In this document: positions 8,501 through 16,279 of the stretch, piece after piece
Layout of the letters: every line of letters starts with the position of its first letter
Position numbering within the stretch: position 1 is the first letter of the stretch
Assembly (NCBI GenBank): GCA_023267655.1
Contig: JAHFMV010000001.1
Location: 31,954-95,953, forward strand
Reading direction: 5' to 3'
DNA: 64,000 nucleotides
From: Candidatus Kaiserbacteria bacterium
Lineage (GTDB): Bacteria > Patescibacteriota > Minisyncoccia > Phycocordibacterales > UBA2100
Program-made: the position numbers and the translations under genes
The notes under the pieces: generated by a model
Told to the model about the DNA's origin: nothing
What the model saw: only the letters and a program-made list of their open reading frames with translations
Databases searched by the model: none

Positions 8501-11417
8501 TGCCGTTTTGGAGCGTGAGCACCAGGCCGTCAGTGGAAGAGGCAAGCGTGGTGAGCGAGCTTGCGGAGTTCGCGTAGAGAAGATCACCGGAGGTGAACGA
8601 CGAGAGACCGGTGCCACCCTTGTTTGCGGCGATCGTCGTCGCGTTCCACGTGCCTGTCCCGATCGTTCCGAGCGTCGTGACGTTCGTTGACCCTGCCCAC
8701 GTCGAGAGCGCGGTGTTCTCGACGTTGTTGAGGGCGAGCGTTGACTTGAGATTTGCGGTTGAGGTGCCGGCGAGCGTACCGGTGCCGGATGCAAAGAGGA
8801 CATCACCAAGCGTGTAAGAGGTGAGGCCCGTGCCACCGGAGGCGACACCGAGCGTGCCGCTGATGTTCGCGAGCGTCGTGGTGGATACCCATGTTGGTGT
8901 TCCAGAGACGAGCCCAAGGACTTGGCCGTTGGTACCGGCTGATGTTGTCGCGACAGGGCCGGTACCGTTGCCGAGGACGACTGCACCGCTTGCGACGTTC
9001 GCCCAGCCGGTGCCGCCGTTTGATACGCCGAGGATGCCGGTGACATTCGACGCGAGATCGACGAGTGCGGTGGTGATCGATCCCGCAGTTGCTTTGAGAA
9101 ACCCGGAGAGTGCACCGATTGAGAGGTTGCCGAAGAAGCCGCTCGTTGATGAGGCGTACGTTGCGGAGAGGTTGGTGGTCGAGGCGGTGCCGAGTGTAGC
9201 CTTGCCGGTCACGTCGAGCGTGCCGGCGATCGCGACATTGCCTGCCGTGTCGATCGTCGTCGATGCGGTCGCACCGAACTTCGCTTGGAGGGCGGAGAGA
9301 AGTGTTGAAGATGCTTGTTGAATATTGGTGACGTACGTCGTGGTTGTCGGCGCGAGGAAGTTGCCGGAGACTTCCCACGACTTGCCGAAAAGAGATGACA
9401 CGGCAGCGTAATCCGTGCCGGCGACGGCCGAGGTGACTTGGCCTCCCGTTGTTGTTTTCAGGAGTGAGCCACTGTTGATGCCGGAGATCCACAAGTTGGT
9501 GGAGCTCGCGGTTGTTGCCGTGATCATTGTTGTGGAGGCGAAAGGAAGCGAGCTCGCGATGCCGTCGCCGCGGATTGTGGTGGTGGCGGTGCGGCCGATA
9601 GCGACGTAGTCGAAGGCATCGAGCCGCGTTGTTGTTGCGTTCGTCGCAACGAGGGTGGTGGATGTGAGGTTAGTGATTGTCGCCGCGACGGATGAGAGTG
9701 TGTCGATGATGCCCGTTGTGAAGCGGCCGAGTGTCGCGAAAAGATTTGTCGATGTCGCATTGGTCGCTGTGGCGTTGGTGAAATCCGCGTTCACGAAGTG
9801 CGAGGTCGATGAGGCGAAGAGACCGGATTGCGCCCAGATGATGGATGAGGTCGCGGCGGCGAGTTGTCCGTAGTTCGAAAGGAACGTGAAGGGTGACGCG
9901 GAACCGACCGCAGTGTCGTCCGATCCGCAGATCACATTGCCGTTTGCATCGGTCTGCAGAAGTTGTCCCGACGACGAGCAATCGAGGCCGGAGAGTGTGA
10001 GACCGCCGGCGAGACGGATGCCGTTTGCAAATGTCGATGTTGCTGTTGTTGACGTGACATTGAGTGCGGTTGTTTGCAGACCCGCGCCGAAGGTCGAGGT
10101 TGCGCTGCCGAGAATTGTTGTCGTTGCGGTGCGGCCGACAAAGATGCCATCCAGTGATGAGAGTGCGGTGGTTGATGCGCCGCCACCCAAGAGGACGAGT
10201 GAGGTGGTTGCGCTTTGTCCTGCGACCGCATGCGTCCACGCATCGTACGATGCAAGACCGCCACCACCGCTCGTGATGCCGAGCGATGAAGTGGCAGCAA
10301 GATTATAGCCGCCGGAAGAATTTCCCAATAACAGTTGACCGTATGTCGGAGACGCTGATGTTGCGGTGCCGCCTTTCGCGATTGCGAGAACGCCGGAGAA
10401 ATCCGTTGCCGTGATTGATCCGCCGGTGATCGTTGCACCACTGATCGTGCCGCCATCGATTGTGGGGGAGTGGAGTTTAGTGTCTGTGAGTTCTTCGATG
10501 CGACCGACGCTGCCTACGGTTTGGTAGATCGTCTGGCTTTCGGAATGTGATGCCGCGGCGACGCTCGCGATTTGTGATTGGAGCGATGTTGCGAGTGCGG
10601 TCATGCGTGCATCCAGTAGAGCGGCGTTGATCCCACCTTCGGTGACGGTGCGGACGGTTTCGCGGATGCGTTCGATGACCGGATTGTTGACCACTGTTAG
10701 AGAGCGCTGCGCCTCTAACGTGGCAGGTTTGGTTGTTGGGGATGACCCTTTCTCTGAAGAGGTTGAGAGCGTTGTTGCTGGTGGTGGCGGCGCTCCGGTT
10801 GGTGGTTGCAGATGTTGTTGCGTCGAAGGTGTTGCGATTTCTGTGGGCGAACAGTTTCCGATGATCGGGCACACCGCGTTGAAAACATTTGATGCAAGCG
10901 CATCGATCCACGGAAGCGATGCGACGGCTGCGAGTTGCGATTGGATATTTTCCGGTGCGTGTGTTGCTGCGTCGACGGCTGCGGCGAATTTTTGTGGCGC
11001 GATGTTTTGAAAGGCGAGGGCGCCGGATGCCATGACCGCGAAGAGCGTAAGTGTTGCGAGAAATGCAGTGCCCGCGGCACGCACGCGTTGTGCGCGTTTG
11101 ATGTGTTGTTTGAAGCGGTCGTTGAGTTCGCGGTGTGGTGCGACGGTGATTGGAGATGTTACGGCGTGGCCGTTGGCACGCTCCTCTTTGCGGAGTTCGC
11201 GAGTTCTCTCGCGCAATGCATCTTTTCGGCGGGCTTGGTTCGCGCGCCATTCTGAAAGTGACGCAGGATTGACGTACCACTCGCGGCCTTCAAGCCTGCC
11301 GTGGACGACGCCCTTGCGACATAGGCGGCTGATGTAGTCAGCGGAAATTTCGACACCAGTTGCGGCGTCTCTCACGGAAACGAAGCGCACACCGGCCACA
11401 ATAATTTCAGATGACAT
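5538..11417 (-). CDS. giant (1959 aa) membrane-anchored tail-fibre-like surface protein with N-terminal excisionase-like HTH, one TM helix, GNVGIGT(T/A)SP beta-repeats and a Peptidase S74 intramolecular-chaperone domain
   Basis: ATG at 11415-11417. Residues 1-60 resemble the HTH_17/excisionase fold (…VSVRDAATGVEISADYISRLCRKGVVHGRLEGREWYV…). TM helix AAGTAFLATLTLFAVMASGALAF. Four or more GNVGIG(T/A)TSP repeats. SSDRRIKENI…GFIAQELQQVFPWAV matches the phage endosialidase/tail-fibre chaperone (S74) autoproteolysis module, about 6310-5990 nt. Confidence 0.85.
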   Translation of the reverse strand: MSSEIIVAGVRFVSVRDAATGVEISADYISRLCRKGVVHGRLEGREWYVNPASLSEWRANQARRKDALRERTRELRKEERANGHAVTSPITVAPHRELNDRFKQHIKRAQRVRAAGTAFLATLTLFAVMASGALAFQNIAPQKFAAAVDAATHAPENIQSQLAAVASLPWIDALASNVFNAVCPIIGNCSPTEIATPSTQQHLQPPTGAPPPPATTLSTSSEKGSSPTTKPATLEAQRSLTVVNNPVIERIRETVRTVTEGGINAALLDARMTALATSLQSQIASVAAASHSESQTIYQTVGSVGRIEELTDTKLHSPTIDGGTISGATITGGSITATDFSGVLAIAKGGTATSASPTYGQLLLGNSSGGYNLAATSSLGITSGGGGLASYDAWTHAVAGQSATTSLVLLGGGASTTALSSLDGIFVGRTATTTILGSATSTFGAGLQTTALNVTSTTATSTFANGIRLAGGLTLSGLDCSSSGQLLQTDANGNVICGSDDTAVGSASPFTFLSNYGQLAAATSSIIWAQSGLFASSTSHFVNADFTNATATNATSTNLFATLGRFTTGIIDTLSSVAATITNLTSTTLVATNATTTRLDAFDYVAIGRTATTTIRGDGIASSLPFASTTMITATTASSTNLWISGINSGSLLKTTTGGQVTSAVAGTDYAAVSSLFGKSWEVSGNFLAPTTTTYVTNIQQASSTLLSALQAKFGATASTTIDTAGNVAIAGTLDVTGKATLGTASTTNLSATYASSTSGFFGNLSIGALSGFLKATAGSITTALVDLASNVTGILGVSNGGTGWANVASGAVVLGNGTGPVATTSAGTNGQVLGLVSGTPTWVSTTTLANISGTLGVASGGTGLTSYTLGDVLFASGTGTLAGTSTANLKSTLALNNVENTALSTWAGSTNVTTLGTIGTGTWNATTIAANKGGTGLSSFTSGDLLYANSASSLTTLASSTDGLVLTLQNGKPSWIATSTLSTITGTLTIAKGGTGTTTAPVSQLLYGGSTAYQSVATSSLSAGTALSFSGTAGALVGGSNLTINFAAPAGTALSIPFASTTMLSATTASTTALVISNTGGTGTRCLQVGSDGTVSANASACGSGSGGDPFTHAVAGTSATTTLTLFNGGASTTMLSAYSAYFGGTATTTFTASGNALFPASGYLNFGATEGTSGYGFRDNAGMLEFKNSGGTWQGVTTATSGPSFSVNKNGTDQTVSANVDTALTWSTETFDTNNNFASNKFTPTVPGKYIITLSVRCGDFGQSVSVAYCDGSIYKNAIPVGVGRYRGSSFDATGMATAVVDMNGTTDYIEARGTTDGTIIDGTAAATYFTGALIAPVNATAGGWQNDNTQSFLADSTDLVGIGTSTPYSKLTLWGSDTSASTQSFLVANSASTTLFQVNNDGSAYSAGKFGIATTSPWAQLSVHAAAGINSFAIGSSTATYFLVNSSGNVGIGTTSPAKTLVVSSTGNTYSVINSPNASLSALSFQSDSLEAGGIYRPTSQTDQIRLYTRTGGDVMTLNAGNVGIGTTSPWALLSVNPNALGSGVPEFVIGSSTATHFVVTGGGNVGIGTTTPTGKLDVFGTIRATSQVAPTNGVGTELTWDGTSGQVRAYDRAGAVYKPLAIEGSTLSLNANSAGNVGIGATSDGSKLYLSWNASTQQAITMRSTSASYSGSSVLFLNTSGGVAGNIAQNESIVSYNTSSDRRIKENIATTTLGLDALMRLTVRDFDFITDPAHATTTGFIAQELQQVFPWAVTTNGDNGIDPLGATSTPWSVDYGRITPLLAKAIQDLNLKLEDLATTTPEIPEGTFTSRFFASLFARLTQWLADATNGIGEVFARVFRAKDALCINDTCVNEDQLKAMLSASAAGAATTGPGGSAGAPGGSSALEIHADTASTTPSTDSSPTATSTGPTTPTETGDGTAGSEEGAVENDPPVPPAANDNEPNVDVATPTAVNE

Positions 11418-11889
11418 GATTATTCGGAAAGCCTAGGTATTGCCTAGAATTTCCGTCATTGGCTCATGATAGCGTGCCACCGTCTGGCAGTGTGCGGTTA
11501 TCCACTTTCAAGTGGAGCGCGGGATGGTATCGCGCTAGCTGGTACAGCGGAGCCGGAGTCCACATCGTGCATACCGTATGCGCCGATTTTCCTCGGAAAT
11601 GAGTGTCACCACGACCATCACGCGAAGCCTTCAGTCGATGTGGCTTGTGATCTCGACCAGCGGTTCTCGAGCGGCTTCTATCGCCAGCTTATGCGCACTT
11701 TACATCCGAGATTCGTTGTTCATATATACCCGGAATAGCTAGCATTTACATGATATCTCGGTATCTCGGGTCATAGTACGGGAGGCGGCCAAATTGCGGT
11801 GCACAACGCCATAACGCAATTGAGTGCGCCAGCGCTGGAGCGACACGCGCTCGTCGATTTGGAGTTGGCGGAAGTTACACTGTAGAGAT

Positions 11890-11930
11890 AAAGCAGGTGC
11901 ACGTTTTCCAGATGACGAGCGCCTTCATGG
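11890..11930 (+). repeat. decayed duplicate of the 3' end of the monooxygenase gene (12744-12790)
   Basis: Identical 21-mer gcacgttttccagatgacgag at 11898-11918 and 12748-12768, with about 85% identity over about 36 bp. The reverse translation MKALVIWKTCTCF… compares with GMDALVIWKTCIYLITNMF in the intact gene. Confidence 0.6.
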
Positions 11931-11955
11931 TGCGAAATCATGGTATAATCGCGAA

Positions 11956-12243
11956 ATGCGCATTACGGAAGCACAGGCACGGCTGCTGAAAGAAGGGGTC
12001 CGCGAATACCTGCCACAGGCGAGTGTGTATCTGTTCGGGTCGCGTGCGGACGATGCGAAGCGTGGCGGCGACATTGACGTGCTTGTCGTAGGGGAGCGGC
12101 CGCTTCAACCTTTAGAGAGCAGCCGCGTCAAGGCGAGATTTTATGAACGTTTCGGAGAGCAGAAAATCGACATTGTGAGTTTCGCAGAGGGCGAACATAC
12201 CACGTTCCGCGATCTGATAGAATCCGAGGCGGTGCCTCTCTGA
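11956..12243 (+). CDS. mntA: MntA-like nucleotidyltransferase antitoxin (second copy)
   Basis: MRITEAQARLLKEGVREYLPQASVYLFGSRADDAKRGGDIDVLVVGE carries the GS…D.D motif. It is preceded by TGgTATAAT at 11941-11949, only 6 nt before the ATG, which implies a leaderless mRNA. Confidence 0.7.
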   Translation: MRITEAQARLLKEGVREYLPQASVYLFGSRADDAKRGGDIDVLVVGERPLQPLESSRVKARFYERFGEQKIDIVSFAEGEHTTFRDLIESEAVPL

Positions 12244-12244
12244 A

Positions 12245-12700
12245 ATGCATATGCCCGATACCGCGAACATCAAACGCGCCCTCCTCGAGAATGTTGCATC
12301 GCTGCAGCGCGCGGGGCGCGTCTTGGCGCGTTCATACGAGAAATGCCGCACCATCACAGTTCCTTTCCCAGCCGAAGACGACGAGATGCTCGAAACCATA
12401 GAAGCGTTGACTTCGCGCTTCGCGCGCGCCTCCGATATCTTGACACAGCGAGTCGGCAAATCGATCGTCGCGCTTTCTCGCGAAGATGCGCCGTCTATTA
12501 TTGATAGGATACACCTCATGGAGAAAATCGGCGCGATCGCAAGCGAAAATACGCTCATCGCGATCCGAGACGTTCGCAATGAAATCGCGCACGAATATAC
12601 CGAAGAAGGCGTACAGAAAGTATTTGAAAAATGCATGCCGCTCGTACCGCAGCTCCTCGTGATGATTGATTCGGTCGCGAAGTACGCTGAGAAACTATAA
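12245..12700 (+). CDS. hepT: HepT-like (DUF86) toxin (second copy)
   Basis: R-x4-H-x-Y motif (IRDVRNEIAHEY). The start is 1 nt after the stop of the upstream mntA. Confidence 0.7.
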   Translation: MHMPDTANIKRALLENVASLQRAGRVLARSYEKCRTITVPFPAEDDEMLETIEALTSRFARASDILTQRVGKSIVALSREDAPSIIDRIHLMEKIGAIASENTLIAIRDVRNEIAHEYTEEGVQKVFEKCMPLVPQLLVMIDSVAKYAEKL

Positions 12701-12707
12701 GCGAAAA

Positions 12708-14057
12708 TCAGTGCGCTTTGCGAAACATGTTTGTGATGAGGTAGATGCACGTTTTCCAGATGACGAGTGCATCCATGCCAAAGAGCCGCGCTACGTGGCG
12801 CTCTTTGCGATAGCGTTTATAGGCGACCGCGTAGGACATCGTCGTGTGGACGACGAGTGTGTAGAGGGAATGGAAATTTTCGGGAAAATATTTCTCGAGG
12901 ATCATTTCGACGTTTGAGCGAGAGACAAACAGCGGCATTTCGTAGCGGTCTTTGAGGTCGATGAAGCGCGCTTTGCATACGTCGGCGAGAACGTCGGTGT
13001 CCGGCTTACGCCGCGCTTCGAAAATTTGGAACACGGTTTCGATGTCCGGGTAATACGTGTCGAGGCATTCGGCAAAAATGCGACAGTCTTCAAATGCAGC
13101 GTTGATTCCTTGACCATAAAAAATAGTGACCGCATGCGCGGCGTCTCCGAGCAGAATGCAAAAGTCACGGTAATACCATTTCGATGTGTAGAGCGAGGTG
13201 AACGGCGTCGATGGCTGCGTAAGGAAATCGTTGACGTGGGGTGCAAGATGCGGATACAAATCGGGGAAGTGTTCGGTACAAAATCTTTCGAATGATTCTG
13301 TCGATTGGATCGATTCAAAACTGTCCGGACCGGTAAGCGGAAGCGTGATCGTACAGGTAAAAAAGTTGCCTCGGTTCGGAATGCCGAAAATTGCTGCTTT
13401 TTTCTTTGACCATAGATGGAAGGCGTTCTTTTGGAACGGAATTGATCCGTCGGTCGGTGCTGGCACGTACATGTTTTTATACCCCCAATCCATGACGTCG
13501 AGTTTCGCACGGAGGTGCCCGGCCTGTTCCATTTCTTTGCGAACCACCGAATGGATGCCGTCCGCGCCGAGGAGGAGCTCTACTTTTTTCGTGGTATGCG
13601 CTTTTGTTAGTTGGTTTTCAAATTCTATTTCACGCGTCTCGAAATCAATGTGGACGCAGCGCTCATTGTAGTGCGTGTGAATCGAAGAATATTTTTTCAT
13701 TTCTCGGACGAGCGCGCAGTTTAAGTCATTGCGATTGATCGACCACTCGGCGAGTCCTTGCTTTTCGCCATAGGCCTGATACAGAAGTCCGTTTTTCTGG
13801 TGGATGATGCGGCCGGCTTCACGCGTGCAGAGTTTTTTCACTTCGTCCCACATCTGCACTTCCTGCAGCGCACGGATGCCGCGCACGCAGAGCGACTGGT
13901 TGATTGATTTGTACGAAACCACGGGGAGGTTTTCGATGCTTTCACGAGATTCATATATTTCGACGATGAAGTTTCTTCGCGCAAGATAGATCGCAAGCAG
14001 TGAGCCGCCCATGCCAGCGCCGATTATCGTGACCTTCTTGTCAGGTGTCTTTATCAT
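12708..14057 (-). CDS. FAD-dependent monooxygenase, kynurenine 3-monooxygenase-like
   Basis: N-terminal GAGMGGS dinucleotide-binding motif; SIN…RG, LLLGADGIHSVVR and LLGDAAHAVTIFYGQGINAAFEDC match KMO/UbiH-family blocks. Confidence 0.7.
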   Translation of the reverse strand: MIKTPDKKVTIIGAGMGGSLLAIYLARRNFIVEIYESRESIENLPVVSYKSINQSLCVRGIRALQEVQMWDEVKKLCTREAGRIIHQKNGLLYQAYGEKQGLAEWSINRNDLNCALVREMKKYSSIHTHYNERCVHIDFETREIEFENQLTKAHTTKKVELLLGADGIHSVVRKEMEQAGHLRAKLDVMDWGYKNMYVPAPTDGSIPFQKNAFHLWSKKKAAIFGIPNRGNFFTCTITLPLTGPDSFESIQSTESFERFCTEHFPDLYPHLAPHVNDFLTQPSTPFTSLYTSKWYYRDFCILLGDAAHAVTIFYGQGINAAFEDCRIFAECLDTYYPDIETVFQIFEARRKPDTDVLADVCKARFIDLKDRYEMPLFVSRSNVEMILEKYFPENFHSLYTLVVHTTMSYAVAYKRYRKERHVARLFGMDALVIWKTCIYLITNMFRKAH

Positions 14058-16174
14058 GCAATGAATGCGTTTTTGAACGCTGCCGAGAATTTCTGTACAT
14101 ATACTTCAAATTCATCGCGTGTCAGGTGGAATCCTGGCATCGGCGTTCCCGTTGTAAGATTGGCGTCGACTATGTAGAGTTTGCCGTCATCCGCGTCTCG
14201 TAGGCAATCGAGCGCACCGAAATCAATACCCATTTTGTTGCAAAAGAGCAGGATTTTCTGTTGCTCGTCCTTCGCGATGTAGTCATCAAGAGGCACCATC
14301 GTCGACGTCTGCGTGTTATCAAAGCGATCGAATGCCGAGCGAATGCGGTACATCATGAACGGAATTTTTCCACCAACTACTTTCACGCGAAGATCAGCGA
14401 CACGATCTCCTTCGCGATTGTTGATGAGTTTCTGATAGATGTAGCCCGGCTGCGGTTCAAGGGGTGCTAGAACAACTTTTCCGTCGTGCTGGGCATTTTC
14501 GTCAGACTTTTGGACGCACTCACCACGGTGCGTGCGCGGATCAATTTTCATGCCGTAGCCGAAGACTTCAGAAAATACTTCCTCTACTTTTTCCTTGCTA
14601 ATGTCGCGCGCTGCGCCGTTGATAAAGCGGCCGCGTCGCGCGAGTTCTTTTTCAGTTTCGTCCTCGGTGCGGATCGTAATGTCTTTGAAGGACATCGCGA
14701 TATCGTACTGCGTGGCCAGATCGTTCGTCATCCTAAGCCCAAGCTCATGGCAGATCGTGTAGTGGACATAGTAGTACTTCGGCAGATCAGGATAAAAGAG
14801 CATGGTGCCGGTTGCGCCGTTTTTGCGCGCGCGGCGGAATCGTTTCCAGCACGTGTATTTGACCCAGAGTTCGTAGGAAATTGCAGCGTAACGCTCTTTC
14901 AGTCGCAATGGGAATCGATACAAGAAAAGTCCGACAAGCGCCGCAGCGGCATTGCCGAGGATCCATGCGATGCCAATACCGGTAAGACCTTGCCCCGTTA
15001 GAAACCTTGTTTCTAACGGGGCGGGGGAAATAAATAAGTAACTTAATCCGATTGTTGTTGTCGCAAAGACGCTATTCACAATGATAAGCGACGTGGAATC
15101 CTTCTTAACTTGGAAGTACGAATTGATGATTGATGATGCGCTGACGACGAGGCCGGCGAGGGCGACGAGTATGAGGAACGTTGTGCCGCCCGCGGCATAC
15201 TGCGCGCCGAAAATATGCAGGATGAAATCGCTCGCGAAGATAAGGACGATGATCGCCGGTGCCATGAAGAGCGTGATGATGCGGATTGCGCTCCGGATAT
15301 GTGCGTCAAACGCCATCTCGTCGTTCGAGCCTTCTGCAAACAGTGCGCGTGTCGTTGCGTACGGGATGACATACAAAAGATTCCCGATCATCATCGCGAT
15401 GTAGTAGTACGCCGCAGGTGCGGGACCGAGTTTGTGTGTGATAAGAAGCGGAAGGACGCTTGCGGGGAGCAGGTTGAGCGAGCTTGCCGCATAATTGCCG
15501 GCCGAATAGTGCCAGACTCTCGCCATGATATCGGTATGGACTTTCAAGCTTGGCCGGTAGTCGAATTTCCACACCAGAGCGGCGATGCTCAAGAGAAATC
15601 CGATTCCTTGCGCGATGCCCGCCGCCGCAAAGATACCGATCGCGCCAAAAGAAACGAAGAAAAAAGGGAACAGCAGCCGTGAAGCCGTGAACAGCGTATT
15701 GATGCCGAGGATGAATTTCGTTTGCCGGCGCGAGAGGAACACAGAATCAGTCAGTGTGTTGAGTGCGGTGAGGATGGTGAATAGGATGAAGCCCGCGATG
15801 TACAGCGTGTTCGAGCGCAGAAAAAGCAGCTTTGGGGCAAGGAAGGGAATGAATACTACAAACAGCGTCGAGAGGATTCCGGCTGCGATCGCGACGAGCA
15901 CAAGCGCTGTGTTGATGGTGTCGCTCGGGCGCGTATCGCCGGGAAGGAAGCGCACGAGCGCGGCGTTGAAACCAATCAGACTGATGATGGATATCAGCGT
16001 CATCACCGAAATGAGCGTTGTCGCAAAGCCGACATCTTCCGTCGGATACAAGTGCGCATTGATGAGCCAGAAGAAAAAGCCGAACGCCGCGAGGACCGCG
16101 GTCGCGGACATCAAATAGATTGAGTTCCGGAAAAGACTGTCTTTAAAAAATTTGTGGAATAGAGAGAGAATCAT
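14054..16174 (-). CDS. polysaccharide flippase (MOP/Wzx-like, ~12-14 TM) fused to a C-terminal ATP-grasp-like domain
   Basis: 706-aa ORF. The N-terminal 430 aa are polytopic and match Wzx/polysaccharide_biosynthesis topology. The C-terminal ~270 aa contain …GKIPFMMYRIRSAF…MGIDFGALDCLRDADDGKLYIVDANLTTGTP…, consistent with an ATP-grasp C-domain. There is no stop between the two parts. Confidence 0.65.
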   Translation of the reverse strand: MILSLFHKFFKDSLFRNSIYLMSATAVLAAFGFFFWLINAHLYPTEDVGFATTLISVMTLISIISLIGFNAALVRFLPGDTRPSDTINTALVLVAIAAGILSTLFVVFIPFLAPKLLFLRSNTLYIAGFILFTILTALNTLTDSVFLSRRQTKFILGINTLFTASRLLFPFFFVSFGAIGIFAAAGIAQGIGFLLSIAALVWKFDYRPSLKVHTDIMARVWHYSAGNYAASSLNLLPASVLPLLITHKLGPAPAAYYYIAMMIGNLLYVIPYATTRALFAEGSNDEMAFDAHIRSAIRIITLFMAPAIIVLIFASDFILHIFGAQYAAGGTTFLILVALAGLVVSASSIINSYFQVKKDSTSLIIVNSVFATTTIGLSYLFISPAPLETRFLTGQGLTGIGIAWILGNAAAALVGLFLYRFPLRLKERYAAISYELWVKYTCWKRFRRARKNGATGTMLFYPDLPKYYYVHYTICHELGLRMTNDLATQYDIAMSFKDITIRTEDETEKELARRGRFINGAARDISKEKVEEVFSEVFGYGMKIDPRTHRGECVQKSDENAQHDGKVVLAPLEPQPGYIYQKLINNREGDRVADLRVKVVGGKIPFMMYRIRSAFDRFDNTQTSTMVPLDDYIAKDEQQKILLFCNKMGIDFGALDCLRDADDGKLYIVDANLTTGTPMPGFHLTRDEFEVYVQKFSAAFKNAFIA

Positions 16175-16279
16175 GAAGGAAGAGCCTCAAAATGTTAGAC
16201 TGTGCTCTTCCCTATGGAGCCACGAAATCGTACACTTTTTCGAGAGCGGAGTCAAAAAACGCGGCTCCAGAGGTTCGGA

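Noticed and set aside
5545-11280. Numerous 60-300-aa ORFs in other frames or on the opposite strand inside the 1959-aa gene (e.g. 8189-9115, 8803-9492, 9670-10239, 10477-11280, 5545-6084).
   Set aside because: Translations are Arg/Pro/Ser-rich low-complexity strings typical of off-frame reading of GC-rich DNA. All are fully contained in a much longer ORF with recognisable domains.
11466-11738. 90-aa ORF in the promoter region upstream of the giant 1959-aa gene.
   Set aside because: No RBS or promoter context and poor coding character. The region is more likely regulatory: it contains a cctaggtattgcctag palindrome next to the giant gene start.
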